Below, piece after piece: positions 18,510-27,452 of a stretch of DNA of 64,000 bases (positions are counted from its first letter, which is position 1; each line of letters opens with the position of its first letter). The stretch is from positions 56,392 through 120,391 of the forward strand of contig JADKCP010000002.1 in the NCBI GenBank assembly GCA_016718805.1, given 5' to 3'. The notes below the pieces were generated by a model. It saw only the letters and a program-made list of their open reading frames with translations. It searched no databases and was not told where the DNA came from. Source of the stretch: Bacteroidota bacterium (GTDB lineage Bacteria > Bacteroidota > Bacteroidia > UBA4408). The position numbers and the translations under genes are program-made.

Positions 18510-20249
18510 ATGTATTACACCATCTATTTTGAAAATGCCAACCACCATTATGTTAATATTGATTTTGAATTAGATACTAAGGGAACAGAAACTATTGTTT
18601 TTCATTTACCCGCCTGGCGTCCAGGGAGATATGAACTGGGCAACTTTGCCAAGAATATTCAAAAATGGGCGGCTTATGATGAAAAAGGGCAACCATTAAT
18701 TCATCAAAAGCTTACCAAAGACAGCTGGAAAGTACAATGTAAAGGTGCCAAATCTATCCTTGTAAAATACAATTATTACGCTGCCGAATTAAATGCAGGC
18801 TCTACTTATCTTGATGAAAATCAATTATATATAAATCCAGTTAATTGTTTACTTTATGTAAACGAACGTATGTCGGAGAGCTGTACTATTGAACTGAAGT
18901 TACCCGCAAATTACCGAGTAGCTACAGGTATGAAAAAGGTGAATGAAAAAGGTGACAGCGTAATTTTAGCAGCAGCCGATTTCCATGAATTGGCCGACAG
19001 TCCTTTGATTGCTAGCGATACCTTACAACACAATCAATTTGTTTTGGATGGAATTGAATTTAATATTTGGCTACAAGGTGAATGTAAACCGAATTGGGCT
19101 AAAATAATTTGTGATTTCTTTATCTTTATTAATGAGCATTTTGTAATGATGAAGGAGTTTCCTGTGCAAGAATATCACTTTTTGTTTCAGTTAACCCCAT
19201 ATGCCTATTATCATGGAGTTGAACATTTAACTTCTACCGCCATAGTGCTTGGACCGGGCAATGAGTTTGTGAATAAGGATTGGTACGATGAGTTTTTAGG
19301 TATTAGCTCGCATGAATTATTTCATACTTGGAATATTAAGTCAATTCGACCGATTGAGATGATGCCTTATGATTATTCAAAGGAAAACTATAGTAGGTTA
19401 GGATTTGTGGCTGAAGGAGTTACCACTTATTATGGTGACTTTTTACTGTATCGTTCGGGTGTTTTTTCGGATGCCGACTATTTCAAAACATTTAATGAAC
19501 AGCTGCAGAAACATTTCGACAATTTTGGGCGCTTTAATTTATCGGTAGCCGATTCATCGTTTGATACTTGGCTGGATGGGTATAATCCCGGAGTGCCAAA
19601 TAGAAAGGTTTCAATATATACAGAGGGGTGCCTTATTGCTTTTATGACCGACATTTGTATTCGTAAGCAAACGGCAAATGCACATTCGTTGGACGATGTA
19701 ATGCGCGCACTGTTTACCGAATTTGGAAAGAAAAAAATAGGTTATTCCGAAAATGATTACCAAGTTCTTATTGAGCGAATTAGTGGTAATAGTTGGAAAG
19801 ATTTCTTTGCAGCTTTTGTATATGGTACGGAATCCTTTGAAAGTACCATTCGCGAGTGTTTAGATTATGTTGGATTAGAACTTGAAATACAGCCTTCAAA
19901 AAAATACCATGAAGCCAAACTTGGGTTTAAAGTAGTTGAAGATGGCATATTAAGTAGGGTTTCGGCACTTTATCCGGGATCGCTTGCTGACAAGGCTGGA
20001 GTTTCATTAAACGATAAAATTGTTGCAATCAATGGAATAGAGGTATTTGACAATATGGATACCTGGGCCAACTTTTATTCACAACAACAAATTAAGTTAA
20101 CGGTAATTGAAAATAAGAAGTTTAAAGAGATTTTACTAAACCCTAAAAAGGAGATTTTTTATCAAAAATATAGCATTGTAAGAAATCCTAATAGTACAGA
20201 AGAACAGCGTAAAAACTTTACTGCTTGGGCTGGAAGAAATCACGTTTAA
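18510..20249 (+). CDS. M61-family glycyl aminopeptidase-like metallopeptidase with C-terminal PDZ domain
   Basis: HELFHTWN (HExxH). PDZ-like GFKVVEDGILSRVSALYPGSLADKAGVSLNDKIVAING near the C-terminus. Confidence 0.7.
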   Translation: MYYTIYFENANHHYVNIDFELDTKGTETIVFHLPAWRPGRYELGNFAKNIQKWAAYDEKGQPLIHQKLTKDSWKVQCKGAKSILVKYNYYAAELNAGSTYLDENQLYINPVNCLLYVNERMSESCTIELKLPANYRVATGMKKVNEKGDSVILAAADFHELADSPLIASDTLQHNQFVLDGIEFNIWLQGECKPNWAKIICDFFIFINEHFVMMKEFPVQEYHFLFQLTPYAYYHGVEHLTSTAIVLGPGNEFVNKDWYDEFLGISSHELFHTWNIKSIRPIEMMPYDYSKENYSRLGFVAEGVTTYYGDFLLYRSGVFSDADYFKTFNEQLQKHFDNFGRFNLSVADSSFDTWLDGYNPGVPNRKVSIYTEGCLIAFMTDICIRKQTANAHSLDDVMRALFTEFGKKKIGYSENDYQVLIERISGNSWKDFFAAFVYGTESFESTIRECLDYVGLELEIQPSKKYHEAKLGFKVVEDGILSRVSALYPGSLADKAGVSLNDKIVAINGIEVFDNMDTWANFYSQQQIKLTVIENKKFKEILLNPKKEIFYQKYSIVRNPNSTEEQRKNFTAWAGRNHV

Positions 20250-20271
20250 GTAATTGATAAATAAAATAATA

Positions 20272-20320
20272 AAAGCCATTAGCTAAATCTTTAGTTAATG
20301 GCTTTTTTATTTTCTTGAGT
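20272..20320. terminator. Bidirectional terminator between the convergent M61 peptidase and flippase genes
   Basis: Hairpin AAAAGCCATTAGCTAA…TTAGTTAATGGCTTTT (1 mismatch), flanked by A-run and T-run. Confidence 0.5.
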
Positions 20321-20328
20321 CAGAATAA

Positions 20329-21789
20329 TCACTCGTATTTAATGATCCGGTACATCGATCGAACACTTATGATACGAATAACAAATGCCCACAAAAAGGA
20401 GAGTGATATCATAATCATAAATTGGGACATCCACGCTAAATTAGGTAGGCTTTTAGATATAAAACAAATCACAATTACTCCGCAAATAAATAATACTAAG
20501 GTGATAAGAAAACGATAATTAACTTTAAACTTAAATACCTTTTGAGCAATTAAAACCTGAAAAAATGCTGTTGAAAACTGAGTAACCAAACTCGATATAG
20601 CAGATCCAGTTGCCTTGTATTGCGGAATCAATATCAGGTTTAGCGTAATATTTAAAAACATTCCAATGCTTGCCATGGTATTTAGTTCTTTCATATTGCC
20701 ATTGGCGGTTAGCAATGTACCAAATACGTAGGTAGTTGAAATAGCAACGAAACAAGTCATTAAGTATCCAAATACTCGTGCCGATTCTTCAACATGTTGT
20801 GTGTACATTAATCCCATCAGCTCCTTGCTATAAAAAAAGGAACCTAGTGCTACTATAACTGAAAGGGTTACCAATAAAGAAAAAGCAAGCTTTACCAATT
20901 CATCCAAATCGTGCTTTAATTTTATCATTCGGGCAAAAATCGGAAGCAACAAACCGGCGAACAAGTATGCAATCATATTGGCCGAATCGAGCAAGCGATA
21001 AGCAGAAGCATAAATGGCGGATTGTTCAGCTCCATCCACCAACAAGCGTTCGAGCATAACCGTATCTATTCGGTTAGAAAATGCCATGAGCAGCACTAAT
21101 ATAGCATAAGGATAACTCTTTTTAAGAATAACCAGAAAAAAAGCCTTACTCCAATTCAGTCGTTTTAGTTGAGATTTTTTTATCACAATCACCATAGTGA
21201 TAATAGCCGTTAGCAAATAAGCCGAAGTTTGCGCATAAACATACCACTCAATTTGAAAGGGAGAACTAGTTACATGTCCCCACAGTAAAATAGCGCAAAT
21301 GGTAATCATGATTAAACGGTCGAGAACCGAGATTATACTATCAGTTTTAAAGAGGTGTAAACCGGCGATGTTACTTCTTAAATAAAGGATAAATGATATA
21401 AGAAACTGATTAAAACCTAATAAAAACAGAACATACAATTGTCCAAAGGAATAACCGATAATCAATCCAACACTTAGTGTTATTACTGTGTAAACCAAAC
21501 CCAGCAACAAGCGAAGTGAAAGTATACTAGAAACATGTTTGGTAAGTAGGTGATTGTTTTGCGCTATGTTTTTATTATTAAAATTGGTTATACCCAAATC
21601 CAATAATATATTGAGCAAAAAGGTAAAATTAAAAAGTGCATAGTAGGTACCAAATATTTCGGGGCTTACAGCATTTTGTACCGAGCGGTCGATACCCAAA
21701 ATCCAGAATGGCTTTATCAGCAAATTCAGGAATAACAATAACGCCAAATTGGTAATAAACTTTTTTTGCATTTTTACGAAAGGGTGCAA
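20329..21789 (-). CDS. Wzx-like oligosaccharide flippase / polysaccharide biosynthesis protein (MOP superfamily)
   Basis: 486 aa with ~12 predicted TM helices. Typical length and hydropathy for O-unit flippases. No MurJ signature. Confidence 0.65.
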   Translation of the reverse strand: MHPFVKMQKKFITNLALLLFLNLLIKPFWILGIDRSVQNAVSPEIFGTYYALFNFTFLLNILLDLGITNFNNKNIAQNNHLLTKHVSSILSLRLLLGLVYTVITLSVGLIIGYSFGQLYVLFLLGFNQFLISFILYLRSNIAGLHLFKTDSIISVLDRLIMITICAILLWGHVTSSPFQIEWYVYAQTSAYLLTAIITMVIVIKKSQLKRLNWSKAFFLVILKKSYPYAILVLLMAFSNRIDTVMLERLLVDGAEQSAIYASAYRLLDSANMIAYLFAGLLLPIFARMIKLKHDLDELVKLAFSLLVTLSVIVALGSFFYSKELMGLMYTQHVEESARVFGYLMTCFVAISTTYVFGTLLTANGNMKELNTMASIGMFLNITLNLILIPQYKATGSAISSLVTQFSTAFFQVLIAQKVFKFKVNYRFLITLVLFICGVIVICFISKSLPNLAWMSQFMIMISLSFLWAFVIRIISVRSMYRIIKYE

Positions 21790-22013
21790 AAGTAATTAAA
21801 ACTTGTGAATGAACAGTATACAGGCCTTCAAAAATGTGTTATTGAGCTTTGTGATGCAATCAAAAGCCTTTGTTTATTTGCTAAGTAATTGAAACGATAT
21901 ATCTATTTTACGAAGAAGTAGCGAATTATAGATTTGTTTCAAAAATCGCTCTTTCTGAACAGTAAATTTTGTACTATTGGGCTTCCAAATTTTAATCCTT
22001 CAAACTATAGATT

Positions 22014-24086
22014 ATGCGAGTTTCTCAAAAGTTTATTAATGTAGCATTGCTTTGTATTTCGGCTTTAACTACAGCGGAAATTGCACCTGCTCAGTCGAAT
22101 TCAACTTCCAACCCATTGTTGGTTCAGATGAATGTACCTGTTGAATTTTCAAAAGTAACAGCAGCCAATGTGAGCGATTATGGCAAGCAAATTATGCAAT
22201 CAATAAATAAAGATATTGAAGCAATTAAGGCGCAAAAAACGATCAGTTTTGCCAGTGTTTTTGAAGCATTTGATGTGAGCTACAATAAACTAAATACTGC
22301 GAGTAACACCTGTTATATGTTGTATTGGGTTTCGCCCGATTCCATGATTCGTGCGAATGGCTTAAGCAGTTATCAGCAATTGGATTCGCAATCGACGGCG
22401 ATTTTTTCGGATAAGGACTTATTTTCGAAAATGCTTTCTTTTAAATCAACCGCTGCTTATAAAGAATTAACAGGCCACAGAAAGTTTCTTGTGGATGACT
22501 TAATTGATGGATTTGAGCGATCGGGAGTGAATTTATCTGCTGAAAAGTTAACTCAATACAAAAAACTCAGCAAAGAAATTGGAGAACTAACTTCTAGTTA
22601 TTCGGTAAATATGAACTCTGCAAATGATGTATTGAAATTGGATGAAGCAGGTACCAAAGGTTTGACAGAAGATTTCAAAAATAAATACCGCACGACTGCA
22701 GGAAACTATGAGATTCCAATTATTAATGCTACCAACGAGCCGGTAATGAATAATGCCGAAATAGAAGCAACTCGTAAAGCGTTCTATTTTAAGTTTACGG
22801 GAAGAGCTGCTACTCAAAATTTACCCATACTTGATAGTTTAATTAGCAAGCGATATGCTCTTGCGAAGCTTATGAATTATCCTAGTTATGCGGCTTATAG
22901 CTTGGGTTCCAAAATGGCTAAAAACCCTAAAACTGTATGGAGTTTTGTTTACGACTTAATTGAACGATCAAAAGATAAAGCTAAATTGGACTTAGCAGAA
23001 TTTGAGCGCAATAAAAAAGCAGATTTTGCAAATGAAAAAGATGTTCATTTAAATACTTGGGACATTGATTTTTACAAAAGTAAAAAGCTTAAAAGTGAAT
23101 TTAATGTAAACTATGAAGAGTTACGTCCTTATTTACCTATGGATCAGTGCTTGAAAGGGATGTTCGATATTTATCAGAAATTACTTGGACTAGATTTCAA
23201 GAAGGTAAGCAATCCATCTGTTTGGCATCCTGAAGTTGAAATGTATGAAGTATACGAAACAGGGAAATTAAAAGGGCGCTTTTACTTAGACTTGTTTCCT
23301 CGTCCCAATAAGGAATCTTGGTTTTATGGAGTGAATTTAATTTCTGGAAAATATGGTAAAGGAGGCAATGAAATTCCGGTTTCCATGTTGTTGGGAAATT
23401 TTACACGCCCTACTCCTACTTCACCTTCGTTGTTAAGTCCACGCGAATTGAAAACTTTATTTCATGAGTTTGGGCATATTATGAATATGATGTCGTATGA
23501 GGGAGAATTTTCGATGCAATCAAGTTCAAAAGCTGATTTTACCGAATCAATGTCGCAGTTGTTTGAAAACTGGTTATGGGATTATTCAATTTTGAGCTCG
23601 TTTGCCAAGCATTATAAAACAGGAGAAGTTTTGCCTTTAGCTACTTTTGAAAATATGTTGAAAGCTAAAAATGTTGCTTCCGGATATGCTTCAATTCGTT
23701 CGCTACGCATGTGTTTGTACGACATGAATGTGTACGACAAATACAATCCTCAAGCACCTGTTTCAACTGATAAATTGTGGCAACAAATTGATAAGGAGTT
23801 GGGAGTAATGGATTTTTATGTTGAAGGAACCCATCCTCAGGCAAACTGGATTCATATTAATTCACATCCGGTATATTACTATGGATATTTATGGTCGGAA
23901 GTGTATGCTCAAGATATGTTTACTCAGTTTAAGAAAAATGGACTAACCGATACTAAAACAGGTGTGCGTTATAGAAAATTAATATTGGCCAATGGAACAC
24001 AGCGTGATATTGTTGAAGCTGTGGAAGAATTTATTGGAAGACCTTCTGACAATAAAGCCTATATTAAGAGTTTGGGATTAGAATAA
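22014..24086 (+). CDS. M3-family zinc metallopeptidase (oligopeptidase A / dipeptidyl carboxypeptidase-like), secreted
   Basis: Signal peptide. HEFGH zinc motif with downstream E. 690 aa. Confidence 0.85.
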   Translation: MRVSQKFINVALLCISALTTAEIAPAQSNSTSNPLLVQMNVPVEFSKVTAANVSDYGKQIMQSINKDIEAIKAQKTISFASVFEAFDVSYNKLNTASNTCYMLYWVSPDSMIRANGLSSYQQLDSQSTAIFSDKDLFSKMLSFKSTAAYKELTGHRKFLVDDLIDGFERSGVNLSAEKLTQYKKLSKEIGELTSSYSVNMNSANDVLKLDEAGTKGLTEDFKNKYRTTAGNYEIPIINATNEPVMNNAEIEATRKAFYFKFTGRAATQNLPILDSLISKRYALAKLMNYPSYAAYSLGSKMAKNPKTVWSFVYDLIERSKDKAKLDLAEFERNKKADFANEKDVHLNTWDIDFYKSKKLKSEFNVNYEELRPYLPMDQCLKGMFDIYQKLLGLDFKKVSNPSVWHPEVEMYEVYETGKLKGRFYLDLFPRPNKESWFYGVNLISGKYGKGGNEIPVSMLLGNFTRPTPTSPSLLSPRELKTLFHEFGHIMNMMSYEGEFSMQSSSKADFTESMSQLFENWLWDYSILSSFAKHYKTGEVLPLATFENMLKAKNVASGYASIRSLRMCLYDMNVYDKYNPQAPVSTDKLWQQIDKELGVMDFYVEGTHPQANWIHINSHPVYYYGYLWSEVYAQDMFTQFKKNGLTDTKTGVRYRKLILANGTQRDIVEAVEEFIGRPSDNKAYIKSLGLE

Positions 24087-24121
24087 CCAAAAGCAATTTA
24101 CTTTATTTAAACGAACTTGAA

Positions 24122-24802
24122 TTATTTAGTTGATTTTTGAATTGAACTAAATACTAGTTGTTCTAAAAAGGAAATAAGTTTTTTATCATCGGGAGTAGCA
24201 CTGTCGGTAAGTGCAGGTAAGTTTTCCATAAAGAACTGTTGGGCATGCGACATTTCTAAAATGGTACTTGCTAAAAAATAAGGATACTTGTATTTAGCAT
24301 TGTATTCTTTAATAATATCGGCGATTCGCTGGCATAAATCTTTATAGGGTTTAAACAAACGGTCTTTGTTATCCTTAGTAATGTTTCGGGTTAAATAGGC
24401 TTTTGAACTCTCCCACTTTACAAGTTCATAGGCTTCAAATTCGGAAATGAATTCAGTAGATTTTGCTCGTTCGGGAACCATTACTAAAAGCCGAATAATA
24501 GTTTTCAACTTTACTTCAGGGTCATTGATGTTGTTCAAACTAAACAGCACTTTATACTCTAAGAAACTCCAATACCAAGTGATAAGGTAAACCAACAACC
24601 TGTGTTTATTTTCGAAATAGCGGTATATACTGGCTTCTGTTGTTTCTATTTCAGCAGCAAGTTTTTTAAATGTAAAATCCTCAAATCCCAGTTTGTTAAT
24701 CAACACCAATCCCTGACTAACTATTCGCTTTCCTAATAAACTGTCTTCCGGATTTCGTAGGAAGAGTTTATCATTCATTTTGATTCGTATATCTAATAGC
24801 AT
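24122..24802 (-). CDS. TetR/AcrR-family transcriptional regulator
   Basis: N-terminal HTH (FEDFTFKKLAAEIETTEASIYRYFENK). 226 aa. Divergent to the downstream efflux-like operon. Confidence 0.8.
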   Translation of the reverse strand: MLLDIRIKMNDKLFLRNPEDSLLGKRIVSQGLVLINKLGFEDFTFKKLAAEIETTEASIYRYFENKHRLLVYLITWYWSFLEYKVLFSLNNINDPEVKLKTIIRLLVMVPERAKSTEFISEFEAYELVKWESSKAYLTRNITKDNKDRLFKPYKDLCQRIADIIKEYNAKYKYPYFLASTILEMSHAQQFFMENLPALTDSATPDDKKLISFLEQLVFSSIQKSTK

Positions 24803-24909
24803 TGTTGTTTAATTTGAAAGTACAAATATAGCAAATATTATTTAACAGATTTTATATAATAGCTTTACTATCATTTAATGAGTATTACTATTTTTGTAAA
24901 AAAATAAAA

Positions 24910-25221
24910 ATGATAACTGTTTATATTTATCTCGACTCAGAAGAAAATGCAGGTAAACTGGTGAAAGGTTTAATAGCGAATGATTTACTCGCACATGCAT
25001 CCATCGATATTGACAACCGTTCATTTAGTAAAATAGACGGTGAATTATTTCAGCAAACCAATGTTGTAATAACCGGGCAAACCAAAGCTTTGTTGTTTAC
25101 TCCCATATTGGAATATATTTCTAGTGAAGGTTATGAAAACACAAAGGTGTATTCGCTACCGATTACTCAATGCAATGGAAATTTTAGTGAAATAATACGG
25201 CAAAACACGCAGAAAATATGA
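24910..25221 (+). CDS. Small CutA-like (PII-fold) protein, divergent; translationally coupled to the downstream gene
   Basis: 103 aa. Collinear with CutA1 over the whole length (…VYIYLDSEENAGKL…LLAHASI…SFSKIDGEL…TK…EGYENTK…LPIT.GN..F…), but key aromatic residues are substituted. ATGA overlap with the next ORF. Confidence 0.4.
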   Translation: MITVYIYLDSEENAGKLVKGLIANDLLAHASIDIDNRSFSKIDGELFQQTNVVITGQTKALLFTPILEYISSEGYENTKVYSLPITQCNGNFSEIIRQNTQKI

Positions 25222-27452
25222 TGAATGCAAAAACAAAGTTATTGCTAAAATGGCTGAATAAAGAAAGGAAACTTATTTACAGAATTTATGCTTTAGCTTT
25301 TTTACAAGGAGCCTTATACATTGCTATTCCGCTTGTGATACAAGGTATGATTACGTATGTTATGGCGGGTAAATTTTCGGCATCCTTATTTTTATTATGC
25401 TTGCTGGTAATATCCATTACCTTGTTGATTGGTTTTTTTCAGTTATGGCAAATGCGTTTGAATGAAACTTTGCATGAAAAGATTTTTTGCAACCTAACTG
25501 ACCGATTGGCGCAATTGACTATAAAGAATAAAGAAGCTAAGAAAAAGATAGTACATTTTTTTGAAGTAGTTACATTACAAAAGGGAATAGGTAAAGTCCT
25601 CCTTGAGTTTTCGTTTTCGGTAATTAGTATAATATTCGGAATTCTTCTATTACCGGCCTATAGTAATTGGTTCTTTATTTTCTCGGTTTTATTAGGTATT
25701 ACCTTTTTTCTGATAATTACTTATTATGGAAAAAAAGCTCAAGAAGAAAACATTAAGACATCCACACATAAATACGAAATATTCGACATTTTATCGTCAG
25801 GTAATACTCAATTACCTGAGGTTGATGCAGCCTTAGACCAGTATCTAGATCACCGCAAAATTTACTATTCCACTTTTGAGAAACAATACAAAGGAATTTT
25901 GTTTTTTAAGTTCTTTTTTATCAGCATACTTCTTTTTGTCGGGGCATATTTAGTGCAACATGGAGAGCTTAATATTGGACAATTTGTAGCTTCAGAAATT
26001 ATCATATTACTGGTGATTAATGCAGTAGAAAAGTTAATAGGAAGCATGGGTACTTTTTACGACATGATAACCGGATTATATAAACTTGAACTATTATTTA
26101 GTCATAATCCTAGCGAATCTTATCTTGAATCAGAAGCCAGACCAACACTTAATTCAATAACCCGTATTTATAGAAATAGGTACTCAAACAGAGTTAAAGC
26201 AATATTTTATACCGTACTTTTTTCGAGTATTGTGATACTATTTCTTCCTTGGACACAAACGGTGAAAATGGATGGAGAAGTAAGTGTGTTGAATCCCGAA
26301 AATAAACCACAGCAAGTTACCTCACGCATTGCCGGACGAATTGAAAAATGGTATATAAAGGACGGCGATTTTGTAAAGAAAAATGACACCATCGCTTTTA
26401 TTTCTGAAATAAAGGAAGAATACATGGATTCGCTTTTAGTGCAACGCTCGGAAGATCAAGTAAAAGCAAAGGAGATTAGTATTGCATCCTATGAAAACAA
26501 AGTGGCTGCCATTGACAAACAAATTGATGCCATAAATAAGGCTTTACATTTAAAAACGGAACAAGTAAAAAACAAGATACAGCAATCTAAAGCGAAATTG
26601 GCGAGCGATATTGCCGATTCGGACGCTGCTTTGAATAATTACAAAGTAACAGAAGACCAATTTAAACGATTTGAAGAACTTTTTGCCAAAGGAGTAATTT
26701 CAAAAACCGATCTCGAAAACCGAAAAATAAAGGTGCAAGAGGCATTTGCGAAGAAGGTTGCAGCTGAGAATAAAATAATTGCTGCAAAAAATGATTTACT
26801 CAACAATGAAATTGAGCTTAATTCGACTTTGCAAGAATACACTGAGAAGTTAACCAAAACTGAGTCTGAAAAATTCGCAACAATTTCGATGCGTTATGAA
26901 TCGGAAGGAATGCTTACTAAGCTGCAAAACCAACTTTCAAATTATTCGTTGCGCAATACTTATTATTTTGTTTTGGCTCCTCGTGATGGATATGTCAGCA
27001 ATTTAGCCATGCAAGGTGTTGGAGAAATTGTGAAAGAAGGTGGAATGCTTTGTAGTGTAGCGCCAATAAAAAGTGAACAAGCCGTTGAACTTTATGTTGA
27101 TCCGGTTGATTTACCGCTAGTAGCAAAAGGTCAAAGGGTGCAATTGATATTTGATGGGTGGCCGGCTTTTGTATTTTCGGGATGGCCCGGAATAAGTTAT
27201 GGTAGCTATAGTGCCGAAGTGGTTGCATTTGATAAGGTGATTTCACCCAACGGAAAATTTAGAGTATTAGCCGTAAATAAAGGCGAACCTTGGCCAATGG
27301 CTATACAACTTGGTGGTGGAGCAAAAGGACTCGCCTTACTAAGCAATGTGCCTGTAGTTTACGAATTATGGAGAAAGGCCAATGGTTTTCCACCTGAATT
27401 TTATTTATCAAAAAATGAAAGTACAAAGCATGAACTTACAGATAAGAATTAA
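25218..27452 (+). CDS. Fusion protein: ABC-exporter-type transmembrane domain (6 TM, no nucleotide-binding domain) + HlyD-family membrane fusion protein
   Basis: Residues 1-300: six hydrophobic helices with ABC type-I exporter TMD spacing and the TM6-like segment LNIGQFVASEIIILLVINAVEKLIGSMGTFYDM. No Walker A, Walker B or LSGGQ anywhere. Residues ~320-744: HlyD organisation (TM anchor, biotinyl/lipoyl-like hairpin VKMDGEVSVLNPE…IKDGDFVKKNDTIAFIS, ~150-aa coiled coil, beta-barrel domain YYFVLAPRDGYV…). Confidence 0.7.
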   Translation: MMNAKTKLLLKWLNKERKLIYRIYALAFLQGALYIAIPLVIQGMITYVMAGKFSASLFLLCLLVISITLLIGFFQLWQMRLNETLHEKIFCNLTDRLAQLTIKNKEAKKKIVHFFEVVTLQKGIGKVLLEFSFSVISIIFGILLLPAYSNWFFIFSVLLGITFFLIITYYGKKAQEENIKTSTHKYEIFDILSSGNTQLPEVDAALDQYLDHRKIYYSTFEKQYKGILFFKFFFISILLFVGAYLVQHGELNIGQFVASEIIILLVINAVEKLIGSMGTFYDMITGLYKLELLFSHNPSESYLESEARPTLNSITRIYRNRYSNRVKAIFYTVLFSSIVILFLPWTQTVKMDGEVSVLNPENKPQQVTSRIAGRIEKWYIKDGDFVKKNDTIAFISEIKEEYMDSLLVQRSEDQVKAKEISIASYENKVAAIDKQIDAINKALHLKTEQVKNKIQQSKAKLASDIADSDAALNNYKVTEDQFKRFEELFAKGVISKTDLENRKIKVQEAFAKKVAAENKIIAAKNDLLNNEIELNSTLQEYTEKLTKTESEKFATISMRYESEGMLTKLQNQLSNYSLRNTYYFVLAPRDGYVSNLAMQGVGEIVKEGGMLCSVAPIKSEQAVELYVDPVDLPLVAKGQRVQLIFDGWPAFVFSGWPGISYGSYSAEVVAFDKVISPNGKFRVLAVNKGEPWPMAIQLGGGAKGLALLSNVPVVYELWRKANGFPPEFYLSKNESTKHELTDKN

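Noticed and set aside
20315-20755. ORFs 20315-20518 (+) and 20531-20755 (-) at the 3' end of the flippase gene
   Set aside because: They overlap the flippase coding frame or its terminator. They are out-of-frame shadows.
24910-25221. The 103-aa protein as a secreted bacteriocin or microcin substrate of the downstream exporter
   Set aside because: It has no double-glycine leader, no signal peptide and no Cys/Gly-rich core. Collinearity with CutA1 explains it better.
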